In this document: positions 1 through 9,359 of the stretch, in pieces | Layout: every line of letters starts with the position of its first letter | Position numbering within the stretch: position 1 is the first letter of the stretch | The notes under the pieces: model-generated | What the model saw: only the letters and a program-made list of their open reading frames with translations | What the model was told of the DNA's origin: nothing | Databases searched by the model: none | Origin: Dehalococcoidia bacterium | GTDB taxonomy: Bacteria; Chloroflexota; Dehalococcoidia; UBA2979 | Assembly: GCA_964291495.2 (NCBI GenBank) | Contig: OZ219871.1 | Span: 224,001 to 288,000 of the forward strand | Direction: 5' to 3' | Length of the DNA: 64,000 nucleotides | Translations under genes and position numbers: made by a program

Positions 1-440
1 GCGATCAGTGCACCGGGCGCGATTGCGCCCTCGATCGCCCGCTCGATCGCGCGCCACGCCTCACCGTCGCCGTAGGGCGGGTCGGCGAGGACGAGCGTGA
101 AGCGTTCGTCCTCGTGCGGCCGCCAGCGGCCGACACGGCCGCTCACCACCTGGCCGCGATCGCTCATGCCGGCGCGCTCCAGATTCTCGCGCAACACGCG
201 GCAGACGCGGCGGCTGGACTCGACGAAGACGCAGCGACCGGCCCCGCGCGAGAGCGCCTCGATGCCCAGCGCGCCGCTCCCGGCGTAGAGGTCGAGCACC
301 GCGCTGAGGTCGGCGTCGGCCGCCTCGAGCATGCCGAACAGCGACTCGCGGAGGCGCGCGGAGGTCGGCCGCGTGGCGCTGCCGCTCGGCGTCTGCAACC
401 GCACTCCGCGTGCGCTCCCGGCGATGACTCGCAGCGGCAT
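1..440 (-). CDS. rsmD: 16S rRNA (guanine966-N2)-methyltransferase RsmD, 3' end outside window
   Basis: Not in ORF track. Read manually from ATG at 440: MPLRVIAGSARGVRLQTPSGSATRPTSARLRESLF...VLDLYAGSGALGIEALSRGA...LADPPY, typical RsmD motifs. Confidence 0.92.
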   Translation of the reverse strand, partial: MPLRVIAGSARGVRLQTPSGSATRPTSARLRESLFGMLEAADADLSAVLDLYAGSGALGIEALSRGAGRCVFVESSRRVCRVLRENLERAGMSDRGQVVSGRVGRWRPHEDERFTLVLADPPYGDGEAWRAIERAIEGAIAPGALI

Positions 441-452
441 CGGCGTTCCCTG

Positions 453-2525
453 CTAGATGTTCCCGGCCGGGCCCGGCGGTCCCTCAGGCGGTTGCGTCGG
501 CTCCGGCGTCGGGGTGGGTTCCGGAGTGGGTTCCGGCGTGGGTTCGGGTGTCGGCTCCGGGGTTGGCTCGGGCGTCGGTTCCGGAGTGGGCTCCGGGGTC
601 GGCTCGGGTGTGGGTTCCGGAGTGGGTTCCGGAGTGGGTTCGGGTGTCGCCTCGGGCGTCGGCTCCGGCGTCGCCTCGGGCGTGGCGCTCGAATCCTCGG
701 CGCCGGACGAGGTGCTGGTGGCAGGCGTCTCGATCGCGGCCGCCGTGGGCGTGCTCGCTCCGCCGCCGCTGGGCCCGTCGGCCTCGTTGCTCGTGCCCGG
801 CGGGACGACCGGGGCCTGCGAGGCGACATGCATCACCATCCGCCTGCCGATGAAGATGGTGCCGTCCGAGACAACGAGGGTGATGTCGAAGGCGCCCTCG
901 CGCTCCGGCGCGTGCCAGACGATCACGCCCGGGCTCCCGCTCTCCTCGACGACGCCGTCCGATGCGCTCCACTCAGGGTCGAGGTACGGCCCGTACGGCA
1001 GCTCGAGGTCGACAGCGGAGCCCTCGGCGAAGCTGCTGACGAGCTCTCCGAGGTCGGGCAGTTCGTCGCTCGGCGCCGCGCCAGCCACGGCGATGCCGCC
1101 GAGGCCGAAGCGCTCCGCGAGATCGAGGCGGAAGGCGGCCGAGAACCGGTTCTCCAGCCAGACGCTGCGGGGACCGCTGCGGCCCGCGTAGACGAAGCTC
1201 ACGGCCCTCGCGCCGTCGTCCCAGAAGAGGCCGCTGTTGCCGGCCTCGCGGTCGATGTTGATGGCCGCGACGGCGACGGTGTCCCCGGGCCCGATCGCGT
1301 CGGCGGCTGCATCGCCGAGCGCGCTCGCCAGCGCCAGCCCGTCCTGCAGCGTGAGCGGGCGGAGGCCGTCCGCTGAGCGCTCCCAGGAGCGCCGGTCGAT
1401 GATCAGCGAGACGCTCGAGAGGTCGAGCCCGTCGTCCTGCTGCCAGGCGAGCGCCTCCTCCAGCACCTCGTAGTAGATCGAGGCGTCGCGCGGAGCGCGT
1501 ACCCAAAGGCCGTCGCTGCTCGCCGCGAGCGCGGACCAGTCGTATGCGCCGAAGTTCGAGCCATCCCCCGCGGGGACCGCGACCACGAGGCCCAGGCCGC
1601 GCACCCGCGCGCCCTCGGCGAGCGCGGCGATGAAGTCGCTGAACGGCGCCCGCAGGGCGGGATCGAGCTCGCCGTAGTCGATCAGCAGCCCGCTCGCGCC
1701 CTGGTCCTGCGCCGCGATCAGCAGCTCGTCGACGTGCGCGGTGGCGAGCTCGGGCAGCGCCAGCAGCCGGTCCACCGTCTCCGCGACGACGCTGCTCCCC
1801 ACCGTCACGCCGAGGTAGACGCGCGCCTCGCCGGCTTCGGCGAGCGCCGCGTCGAGCGCACCGCCCTGGACGTCTAGCGCCGGCTCCCCGGCCGCGTCCT
1901 CGCCCGGCTCGGCGGCGATCACGGCGACGATCGCCGGTGCGGGCAACGCGCCCAGGTCGGGGGCCTCGCCGGCCTCCACGATCAGCGCGATCGTGCGCTC
2001 GATCGTGGTCTCGGCGAGGACAGCGATGTTCCTCGGCACGACCTGGACCTCGCCCTGCGCCGCGGCGCCGTCTTCGACCACGCTGACGGCCGCGAGATAG
2101 CGCCATTCGCCGCCGACGTAAGTGTAGAAGCCGAGTTGCTCGCCCGCGCGAACCGGCTCGCTCAGCAGCACCGTCAGCTCGGCCGGACCGGCGATCGCGC
2201 CGTCGCCCGCGAGGTCATAGAGCTTGCTGCGCGCGCTCAAACCGCCCGGCAGGTCGGGCAGCTCGCCGCGCGCGGCGGCGCCGACGTCGGCGGGCTCGTC
2301 CCCGCCGCGATCGATGATCGAGAAGGGCGACCAGACGAGGACGGCGATCAGTGCGGCGAGGACGGCAACGACACCGATGATGCGCAGGAGTCCGCCGCGG
2401 CCGCCGCCCTCGTCGTCATCGCCGTAGTCCTCGTCGAACTCCTCGAAGGGCGAATCGAAGTCGCCCTCGTCGAGGGGCGCGAACGATTCGGGGTCATGCC
2501 GGATTGGGGGGTCAGACTTGTCCAT
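453..2525 (-). CDS. Membrane-anchored GH18 (chitinase-like) fold protein with C-terminal Pro/Thr/Glu repeat tail, probably non-catalytic
   Basis: Acidic N-terminus and one TM helix. GH18-like segments GLLIDY, GAYDW, VWLEN, LGGIA. (P/A)TPE repeats at the C-terminus. Confidence 0.65.
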   Translation of the reverse strand: MDKSDPPIRHDPESFAPLDEGDFDSPFEEFDEDYGDDDEGGGRGGLLRIIGVVAVLAALIAVLVWSPFSIIDRGGDEPADVGAAARGELPDLPGGLSARSKLYDLAGDGAIAGPAELTVLLSEPVRAGEQLGFYTYVGGEWRYLAAVSVVEDGAAAQGEVQVVPRNIAVLAETTIERTIALIVEAGEAPDLGALPAPAIVAVIAAEPGEDAAGEPALDVQGGALDAALAEAGEARVYLGVTVGSSVVAETVDRLLALPELATAHVDELLIAAQDQGASGLLIDYGELDPALRAPFSDFIAALAEGARVRGLGLVVAVPAGDGSNFGAYDWSALAASSDGLWVRAPRDASIYYEVLEEALAWQQDDGLDLSSVSLIIDRRSWERSADGLRPLTLQDGLALASALGDAAADAIGPGDTVAVAAINIDREAGNSGLFWDDGARAVSFVYAGRSGPRSVWLENRFSAAFRLDLAERFGLGGIAVAGAAPSDELPDLGELVSSFAEGSAVDLELPYGPYLDPEWSASDGVVEESGSPGVIVWHAPEREGAFDITLVVSDGTIFIGRRMVMHVASQAPVVPPGTSNEADGPSGGGASTPTAAAIETPATSTSSGAEDSSATPEATPEPTPEATPEPTPEPTPEPTPEPTPEPTPEPTPEPTPEPTPEPTPEPTPEPTPTPEPTQPPEGPPGPAGNI
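517..684. repeat. In-frame 12-bp tandem repeat, about 14 units, encoding (P/A)TPE
   Basis: Units such as ggttccggagtg and ggctcgggcgtc, with synonymous variation between copies. Confidence 0.9.
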
Positions 2526-2528
2526 GGA

Positions 2529-3668
2529 TCACTCCAGCCTGGGCAGCACGGCGATCGAACGCTGCTGGCCGCCGCGCACCACGGTGAGATCGGCTACCTC
2601 ACCGGGCTGCAACGGCTTCAGCAGATTCACAAAGGGGTTGTCGAGGTCGATCGCCACGCCGTTGACGGCGGTCACGATGTCCCCGACACGCACACCCGCC
2701 TGCTCGGCAGCGCTCCTCGCCTCGACCTCGATCACCAGCGCGCCGAGTGAGAGCGGGACGCCCTGTGAAGCCGAGAACTCGGGCGTGAGCTCGATGTGGT
2801 GGCGGAACGGCCGCTCGATGCCGAGGCGCGGCCGCACGTGCGAACCGAACAGCACGATGTCGTTGACGATCGGGCGCAGGCTGTTCGAGGACTGCGCGAA
2901 GGAGATGCCCTGGATCGGGCTCCCGGTGCCGGTGCCGCGCACCACTGTCGTGAGCAGCCCGATCACCTCGCCGTCGGCGTTGATCAGCGCCCCGCCGGAA
3001 TCGCCCGAGTTCACGGCGGCGTCGGTCTGCACGAGGTCCTCGAGGATCACGGCGTTGCGCGGCCACTGACGCCCTGTCGCGGAGACGACGCCGACGCTGA
3101 CCGAGTTCCCGATCGCGAACCCGGCGGCGGAGAGCGCCGCCACGGGCTCGCCCGGCACCAGTTGCGAGGAGTCGCCCCAGGCCGCGCTGCGCAGGCCCTC
3201 GGGCGGGACCTGGAGCACGGCGAGGTCGCTATAGGGCGAGTCGTGCGAGCGAACCACGGCGGGTCGCTGCTCGCCGGTGGTCAGGAGCACGTTGATCTCG
3301 GCGGCGCCGTCGATCACGTGGAAGTTGGTGACGATGTGGCCGCGATCGTCGATGACGATGCCGGAGCCGACGTTGCGCGTCTGTACGACGTCGCCCGCTT
3401 CGTTGCGGCGCGGAACCTCGTCCGCAATCACCGTGACGATGGTGGGCAGGACGCGTTCGATCGCTTGCTGGAGCCGCTCGGCGCTGCCGATCGCTACAGC
3501 GGTCGCCTCGGGGGTCGCGGCGGTGGCGACGGGGGTGGGCGTGACCACCTCCTCGGTCGCCTCGCGCCCGCCGGGCGCGACGACGACGACGAGGCCGCCC
3601 GCGAGGCCGCCGGCCAGTCCTGCCGCGAGGGCGAGGAAGAGTAGCGAGAGTGATCGGTGTTGTTCCAC
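2529..3668 (-). CDS. HtrA/DegP-like trypsin serine protease with PDZ domain
   Basis: TNFHV (His), DLAVL (Asp), NSGDSGG (Ser), C-terminal GDIVTAVNG PDZ motif, N-terminal TM. Confidence 0.93.
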   Translation of the reverse strand: MEQHRSLSLLFLALAAGLAGGLAGGLVVVVAPGGREATEEVVTPTPVATAATPEATAVAIGSAERLQQAIERVLPTIVTVIADEVPRRNEAGDVVQTRNVGSGIVIDDRGHIVTNFHVIDGAAEINVLLTTGEQRPAVVRSHDSPYSDLAVLQVPPEGLRSAAWGDSSQLVPGEPVAALSAAGFAIGNSVSVGVVSATGRQWPRNAVILEDLVQTDAAVNSGDSGGALINADGEVIGLLTTVVRGTGTGSPIQGISFAQSSNSLRPIVNDIVLFGSHVRPRLGIERPFRHHIELTPEFSASQGVPLSLGALVIEVEARSAAEQAGVRVGDIVTAVNGVAIDLDNPFVNLLKPLQPGEVADLTVVRGGQQRSIAVLPRLE

Positions 3669-3798
3669 GTGCGCCGGCGTGATCGTCTTGACCCCTGCCG
3701 AGGCCTGACCTCGGCGCCCCGCACCGGATTATGGTACCACCGACATGCTGGATTGTGTAAGCCCATGATCGATAGGCGGGGCGAGGCGTAGCGCGCCC

Positions 3799-4473
3799 CT
3801 ACGCCCCCGCCGGCGGCAGTCGCGCTCCGAGTGCGGCGAGATCCAACTCGCGCAGCGAGGCGACCACGAGGTGGGCGGCGGGTTGCGGCGGCGCGGCCGT
3901 CGAGGCCTGCCGCGACTGCACGACGAACATGCCGGCGGACGCTGCCGACCGCACGCCGGCGGGTGAGTCCTCGATCGCCACGCAGGCGGCGGGCGCGACG
4001 CCGAGGCGCTCCGCGGCGAGCAGGAAGATGTCGGGCTCGGGCTTGGCGCGCTCGATGTCGTCACCGCTGACGGCGATGTCGAAGGCGTCCGCCAGGCCGC
4101 AGCCCTCGAGGGTGGCGTGCACCCACTCGGCGATCGATTGCGAGGCGAGGCCGACGGCCCAGCCCGCCGCGCGCGCGGCGGCAATCAACTCGCTCGCGCC
4201 GTCGAGCGGCTCGATGTCGCCACTCCGCAGCTCGGCGGTGACGAGCGCGGCGTAGCGCCCTATCAGTTCCTCGACCGAGTCTTCGAGGCCGTAGTGCGCG
4301 CGCACCCACTCCATGAACGGCGCGATCGCAAGGCCGGTGAAACGCGCGTAGTCGTCCTCGCTGAGCGGCCGAGGGGCAACCAACCGTCGCGCGGCGCGGT
4401 GGTGGACGGGCTCGGAGTCGACGAGGACGCCGTCGAGGTCGAAGACGAGCGCGCGCGCCGCGGTCGCGCTCAC
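3799..4473 (-). CDS. HAD-family phosphatase (beta-phosphoglucomutase-like)
   Basis: C-terminal part of track ORF 3799..6009. GTG at 4473 overlaps the upstream stop. Motifs FDLDGVLVDS, KPEPDIF, IEDSPAG. Confidence 0.9.
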   Translation of the reverse strand: MSATAARALVFDLDGVLVDSEPVHHRAARRLVAPRPLSEDDYARFTGLAIAPFMEWVRAHYGLEDSVEELIGRYAALVTAELRSGDIEPLDGASELIAAARAAGWAVGLASQSIAEWVHATLEGCGLADAFDIAVSGDDIERAKPEPDIFLLAAERLGVAPAACVAIEDSPAGVRSAASAGMFVVQSRQASTAAPPQPAAHLVVASLRELDLAALGARLPPAGA

Positions 4474-4952
4474 GCCGATCCGGCGCCGTCGCCGGGCTGC
4501 GAGGCGGGCCCCGCGCCCTCGAGCAGCTGCTTGAGCCGCCACACGGCGTCGCGCAGCGCCTGGCGGCGGTGCTGGCGCTGCACGAGCAGGTCGAGCAGCC
4601 AGCCGGCGAACCCGCCCGCCGGCGTGTAGATCGCCTCGACGAGGAGGTGGACGTCGTCCGCACCCTCGGCGGTGAGCACCCAGCTCAGCGTGTCGAAGGC
4701 GCTGCGGTCGCCATCGGCGGCGCGGAAGAGCAGCAGGCGATGCGGTTCGCGCTCGGCGGCCTCGAGCCGGACGCGCTCCGACCGCAGCGGCAGCGTGAGC
4801 ACGCCCTCGAGGCGGGCGGGAGGGCCGGACGGCGCCTCGACGTCGCGGAAGCTGCGGGGCAGCCACTCTCCGTAGAGCTCGGTCGCCTCGAGGCGTTCGA
4901 ACGTCTCGCTGGCGCTGGCGTGGATGTGCACGTCCTCGCGGATGCGTCCCAC
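4470..4952 (-). CDS. SRPBCC/START-fold protein
   Basis: Size and pattern (IREDVHIHAS..TFERL; C-terminal helix RLKQLLE). Operonic with lysS. Confidence 0.65.
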   Translation of the reverse strand: MGRIREDVHIHASASETFERLEATELYGEWLPRSFRDVEAPSGPPARLEGVLTLPLRSERVRLEAAEREPHRLLLFRAADGDRSAFDTLSWVLTAEGADDVHLLVEAIYTPAGGFAGWLLDLLVQRQHRRQALRDAVWRLKQLLEGAGPASQPGDGAGSA

Positions 4953-4958
4953 GCGCCG

Positions 4959-6437
4959 CTAGCCGCCCGACTCGCGCATCGCCGGGAAGAGCACGACCTC
5001 GCGGATCGAGTGCTCGCCCGTCACGAGCATGACCAGCCGCTCGATGCCGACGCCGAGGCCGCCCGCAGGCGGCATGCCCTGCTCCAGCGCGCGCACGAAG
5101 TCCTCGTCGGCGACTTCCGCCTCCTCGTCGCCGCCGGCGGCCTTCCGCGCCTGCTCGCGCAACAGCTCGCGCTGCTCCACGGGGTCGTTCTGCTCGGAGT
5201 AGGCGTTGGCGCGCTCGATGCCGAGTGCGAACAGCTCGAAGCGCTCGGCCACGGTGGGGTCGTCGCGCTTGCGCTTGGCCAGCGGCGAGAGCTCCGCCGG
5301 GTAGTCGAAGACAAAGGTCGGGCGCACCAGGCGGGACTCGACGAACGCCGCCATCAGCGCGTCCAGCGCCGTCCCCCACGAGGCGTCCGGATCCACCTCG
5401 ACCCCGCGGTCGAGGGCGAGCGTGCGAACCTGCTTGGCCTCCGGGTGCGCGCGGTAGTCGATGCCGGTGTGCTCGAGCAGCGCCTCGCGGTAGGTGGTGC
5501 GAGCCCACGGCTCGCCGAGGTCGATCGTCTCCTCGCCGTGCCGCACCTCGAGCCCGCCGGTGACCTCGCTCACCACCGAGCGGAACAGCGCCTCGACCAT
5601 GTTCGCGACGTCCTCGTAGTCGGCGTAGGCCTCGTAGGACTCGAGCAGCGTGAACTCGGGGTTGTGGCGGTGCGAGATGCCCTCGTTGCGGAAGACGCGG
5701 CCGATCTCGAAGACCTTGTCGAAGCCGCCGATCACCAGCCGCTTGAGGTGCAGCTCGAGCGAGATGCGCAGCGCGAGGTCGCGGTCGAGGGCGCCGTGAT
5801 GCGTGTAGAACGGCCGCGCCGCCGCGCCGCCCGCCTCCTCCTGCAGGACCGGCGTCTCCACCTCCATGAAGCCGCGCCGCTGGAAGAAGCGGCGCACCGC
5901 CGCGAGCACCTCCGAGCGCGCGCGCGCGATCTCGCGTGATCGCTCGTTCGCCATCAGGTCGAGGTGACGCTGGCGGTAGCGCGTCTCCACGTCTACGAGG
6001 CCGGCCCACTTCTCGGGCGGCGGCCGCAGCGCCTTGGTCAGCACGCGCCAGCGCGTGACGGCAACCGTGACCTCGCCGTGGCGCGTGCGGAAGAGCCGTC
6101 CGCTTGCCTCGACAAAGTCGCCGAGGTCGACCAGCGCCAGGAGCCCGAACTCGTCGCCGAGCACGTTGCGCCGCAGGTGCAGCTGGATGCCGCCCGAGCC
6201 GTCGCGCACGTCGACGAAGGCGGCGCGGCCCATGTCGCGGATCGCCGTGATGCGCCCGGCGACGGTGACCGCGCGGCGGGACTCCTCGAGGCCCTCCCGC
6301 TCACTACGCGCGAAGAGCGCGACGGCCTTCGCGGCCTCGTGGGTACGGGAGGTGCGGGCGGGGTAGGCGTCGCCGAGCGCGATCAGTTGCTCGCGCTTCT
6401 GCCGGCGCAGCTCGATCAGTTCCTGTTCGGACGGCAT
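4959..6437 (-). CDS. lysS: Lysine--tRNA ligase, class II
   Basis: YRQRHLDL, FMEVETP, GGAAARPF, FRNEG, HNPEFT, GLGVGIERL motifs. Confidence 0.98.
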   Translation of the reverse strand: MPSEQELIELRRQKREQLIALGDAYPARTSRTHEAAKAVALFARSEREGLEESRRAVTVAGRITAIRDMGRAAFVDVRDGSGGIQLHLRRNVLGDEFGLLALVDLGDFVEASGRLFRTRHGEVTVAVTRWRVLTKALRPPPEKWAGLVDVETRYRQRHLDLMANERSREIARARSEVLAAVRRFFQRRGFMEVETPVLQEEAGGAAARPFYTHHGALDRDLALRISLELHLKRLVIGGFDKVFEIGRVFRNEGISHRHNPEFTLLESYEAYADYEDVANMVEALFRSVVSEVTGGLEVRHGEETIDLGEPWARTTYREALLEHTGIDYRAHPEAKQVRTLALDRGVEVDPDASWGTALDALMAAFVESRLVRPTFVFDYPAELSPLAKRKRDDPTVAERFELFALGIERANAYSEQNDPVEQRELLREQARKAAGGDEEAEVADEDFVRALEQGMPPAGGLGVGIERLVMLVTGEHSIREVVLFPAMRESGG

Positions 6438-6502
6438 CGGTCACCTGCCCGGGCAGCGGCGGCGGCAGCACGCCTGCCGTCGCGACAACGCCCGCGCGCC
6501 GG

Positions 6503-6976
6503 TCAGGACACCTCGACGATGGTCATCATCGTGTTCCCGCCGGGGGCGCTGACCTTCACTCTGTCATTCTGCTTCCTGCCGAGCAACGCCTGCCCGACGG
6601 GCGACTCGTGACTGATGCGGCCCGCGCCCGGGTTCGCCTCGGCGGGCCCGACGAGCTGGAAGGTCTGCTGCACGCCGCCCTTGAGCTCCACCGTGACGTT
6701 CGAGCCGATGCGCACATCCATCGAGTGATGCGCGGCGTCCTCGTCGATCACCTCGGCGCCTTCGAGCAGCAGCTCGATCTCGCGGATCCGGCCTTCGAGG
6801 AACGCCTGCTGGTTCTTGGCGTCCTCGTACTGCCCGTCGATCTGGGCGATGCCCAGCTCCTGGGCCTCGTGAATCGCCTCGGCGACCTCGACGCGGCGGC
6901 TGGTGCGGAGCTCGTGCAACTCGTCCTCGAGCCGCTTGAGGCCTTCCTGCGTGAGCAGTACCCGATCCTCGCTCAT
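6503..6976 (-). CDS. greA: Transcription elongation factor GreA
   Basis: ATG at 6976 after GGAGG. LTQEGLKRLEDEL, YEDAKNQQAFLEGRI, ISHESPVGQALLG. Confidence 0.95.
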   Translation of the reverse strand: MSEDRVLLTQEGLKRLEDELHELRTSRRVEVAEAIHEAQELGIAQIDGQYEDAKNQQAFLEGRIREIELLLEGAEVIDEDAAHHSMDVRIGSNVTVELKGGVQQTFQLVGPAEANPGAGRISHESPVGQALLGRKQNDRVKVSAPGGNTMMTIVEVS

Positions 6977-7108
6977 TTCCCACCTCCGAGGATGCGAATC
7001 CGCCGGCCGTCGGGCCGGTGGTCGCGGACACCCCTGAGAGACACGAATGCGGACTCGCCATCGGCAAGCCCGCAACCCAGACGACACCTCGTATCTATCG
7101 TTACGTCT

Positions 7109-7137
7109 ATTTTATCCGGCAGCCCTGCGCGTGACAA
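7109..7137 (-). promoter_or_regulatory. sigma70-type promoter of the greA-lysS operon
   Basis: TTGTCA-17 bp-TAAAAT on the minus strand, about 130 nt upstream of greA. Confidence 0.7.
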
Positions 7138-7215
7138 TGTTCGGGGCGGGCGGGACGCCGGGCCCGGCTGCCCGCTTCGTTGCCCTCGGCACGGGGGGCG
7201 CGTAGGCTCGCACTC

Positions 7216-7731
7216 GTGGAGCGCCACTTCACGGTTTCCGGCTTCCTCTCGCACGACGGGCGAACCGCGCTCCACTGGCACCGCCTCGGGCTGTGGCTGC
7301 CGCCCGGCGGGCACATCCAGCCCAACGAAGACCCGATCCAGGCGGTGTTGCGCGAGATCGAGGAGGAAACCGGCGTCGAGGCGCTCATCGTCCCCACCAG
7401 CACCCCCTACCCGCACGAGGACCCACGGCAGTTGCCGCCTCCGGTGACGATCGGCGTCTACGAGATCGACGAGCCCGGCAACCCCCACCAGCACATCGAC
7501 TTCGTCTACTTCGCGCGCCCGCGCTCGGCCCACGCCTCGGGCGCCCCGGCCCTGCCGGGCAGCCCCGACTCAGGCGAGGGCTGGCGCTGGGTGAGCCGCG
7601 AGGAGCTGCGCGAGCCGGGCGTGGTGCTCGCCGGCCCAGGCGGGTCGGCGGAAGTGCCCGAGGACGTGCGCCGCCTCGCCCTCGACGCGATCGATGCCGC
7701 CGACGCCGCGCGCACGGACCGGCAGGGCTGA
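7216..7731 (+). CDS. NUDIX hydrolase
   Basis: Nudix box GGHIQPNEDPIQAVLREIEEETG; HQHIDFVYFA. Start at GTG 7216 is inferred. Confidence 0.88.
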   Translation: MERHFTVSGFLSHDGRTALHWHRLGLWLPPGGHIQPNEDPIQAVLREIEEETGVEALIVPTSTPYPHEDPRQLPPPVTIGVYEIDEPGNPHQHIDFVYFARPRSAHASGAPALPGSPDSGEGWRWVSREELREPGVVLAGPGGSAEVPEDVRRLALDAIDAADAARTDRQG

Positions 7732-7735
7732 ACGC

Positions 7736-9064
7736 ATGCTGCCAATCCGCCTGATCCGCGAGCAGACCGACGAGGTGCGCCGCGCCTGCGCGCTGCGCGG
7801 CGTGGAGGCGCCGATCGACGAGATCCTCGAGTTCGATCGCGCGCGCCGTACGCTGCTCACCGAAGTCGAGGGCATGCGCGCCGAGCGCAACCAGGCCGGG
7901 CGCGCGATCGGCGCGACCCGCGACCCCGAGGAGCGCCAGCGGCTGATCGACGCGCAGCGCGAGGTCGCCTCGCGCCTCGACGACCTCGACGCGGCCGTGC
8001 GCGAGCGCGACGAGGAGCTGCAGCGCCTGCTGCTGGAGCTGCCGAACCTGCTCCACGCCTCGGTGCCCGAGGGCGGCGAGGAGGCGGGGCAGGTGCTCTT
8101 CGAGGGCGTCGGCGACGGCGAGCCGGTGCACACCTCTACGCCTGTGCCCGTCTCCGCTGCGCCCGCGCCCGCGAGCGAGGAGGGCCGGCGGCCACACTGG
8201 GAGATCGGCGAAGCGCGCGGGCTGATCGACTTCGAGCGCGGGACGAAGATCTCGGGGTCGCGCTTCTACGTACTGCGCGGGGCGGCGGCGCGACTGCAAC
8301 GCGCGCTCATCAGCTGGATGCTGGACCTGCATCGCGAGCGCGGCTGGGACGAGGTCTACGTGCCGTTCGTCGTCCGCGAGGAGATGCTGGTCGGCTCCGG
8401 GCAGCTGCCAAAGTTCGGCGACAACCTCTACCGAGACCACGAAGACGACGTCTGGCTGATCCCGACCGCCGAGGTGCCCGTCACCAACCTCTACCGCGAC
8501 GAGATCCTGCCGCTGGACGCGCTGCCCATCCACCACGTCGCCTACTCGCCGTGCTTCCGCCGCGAGCGCATGAGCGCCGGCCGCGACGTGCGAGGCATCA
8601 AGCGCGGCCACCAGTTCGACAAGGTCGAGCTGGTCAAGTTCTGCGAACCCGAGCGCTCGTGGGACGAGCTGGAAGCCCTGCTCGACGAGGCGCTCGAGGT
8701 CGTGCGCGCGCTCGGCTTCCGCTACCGGGTCGTGCGGCTCGCCGCGGGGGACGTGGGCGCCGCCTCGGCGATGACCTACGACGTCGAGGTCTGGGCGCCC
8801 GGCGCGGAGGAGTGGCTGGAGGTCTCCTCCTGCTCGAACTTCCTCGACTACCAGGCGCGCCGCGCCAGCCTCCGCTACCGCGACGCCGAGGGCCGCGTGC
8901 GCCACATGCACACACTCAACGGCTCCGGGCTCGCGCTGCCTCGCACCCTCGCCGCGCTGTTCGAGCAGTACGAGCGCCCCGACGGCATCGAGGTGCCCGA
9001 GGTGCTGCGCCCCTACCTCGGCGGCGCGGCCCTGATCGAGGACGAGCCTCAGCCCGGCTCCTGA
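7736..9064 (+). CDS. serS: Serine--tRNA ligase
   Basis: N-terminal coiled coil, LIPTAEVP, FRRE, HQFDKVE, HTLNGSGLA. Confidence 0.98.
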   Translation: MLPIRLIREQTDEVRRACALRGVEAPIDEILEFDRARRTLLTEVEGMRAERNQAGRAIGATRDPEERQRLIDAQREVASRLDDLDAAVRERDEELQRLLLELPNLLHASVPEGGEEAGQVLFEGVGDGEPVHTSTPVPVSAAPAPASEEGRRPHWEIGEARGLIDFERGTKISGSRFYVLRGAAARLQRALISWMLDLHRERGWDEVYVPFVVREEMLVGSGQLPKFGDNLYRDHEDDVWLIPTAEVPVTNLYRDEILPLDALPIHHVAYSPCFRRERMSAGRDVRGIKRGHQFDKVELVKFCEPERSWDELEALLDEALEVVRALGFRYRVVRLAAGDVGAASAMTYDVEVWAPGAEEWLEVSSCSNFLDYQARRASLRYRDAEGRVRHMHTLNGSGLALPRTLAALFEQYERPDGIEVPEVLRPYLGGAALIEDEPQPGS

Positions 9065-9093
9065 GCCGCTCCCCACACCGACCACCCCGCATC

Positions 9094-9160
9094 GAACGTC
9101 TGTGCTTGACAGCGGCGCACGCATGTTCCATCATGCAGGACGAGTGGCGGACATGCGTTC
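9094..9160 (+). promoter_or_regulatory. sigma70 promoter overlapped by three LexA-like boxes (GAAC-N4-GTTC type)
   Basis: TTGACA 9106-9111, 17 bp, CATCAT 9129-9134. Boxes GAACgtctGTGC 9094-9105, GCACgcatGTTC 9117-9128, GGACatgcGTTC 9149-9160, each with one mismatch. Confidence 0.7.
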
Positions 9161-9179
9161 TACGTGCGGGAGGTGAGGA

Positions 9180-9350
9180 ATGCTGTTCGCAACGCTGCTT
9201 GGAGTGCTGCTCGGGGCCGCCACGGTGCTGCTGCTGGAGCAGTGGCTGCGCGCGGAGCTGGCGCCGGTGCGCCCTGCCGTGGAGTCCCGCCTCGCGCGTC
9301 CGAGGCGCGCGACGACCTCGATCGCGCTGCGCCGCCTGCCGCCGCGCTAG
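9180..9350 (+). CDS. 56-aa single-TM microprotein, putatively SOS-regulated
   Basis: Below the ORF-track cutoff. Strong SD GGGAGGTGA. MLFATLLGVLLGAATVLLLEQWLRAELAPVRPAVESRLARPRRATTSIALRRLPPR; high GC3. Confidence 0.7.
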   Translation: MLFATLLGVLLGAATVLLLEQWLRAELAPVRPAVESRLARPRRATTSIALRRLPPR

Positions 9351-9359
9351 ACTGCGCGC

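Noticed and set aside
457-1191. GSGV-repeat ORF on the plus strand, and the repeat as a possible CRISPR array
   Set aside because: It is the antisense reading of the PTPE coding repeat. The units are contiguous 12-mers with no spacers.
3799-6009. Apparent long N-terminal extensions or fusions (also 13292..15331, 28411..30840, 39639..41672, 41455..44322, 57469..59628)
   Set aside because: Upstream parts are off-frame overlaps of neighbouring genes. Internal starts with SD or translational coupling explain them, so no frameshift fusion is needed.
8100-8200. Pro/Ala-rich insertion in SerS (GEPVHTSTPVPVSAAPAPASEEG)
   Set aside because: It lies in a variable linker before the catalytic domain and shows no intein or repeat signature.
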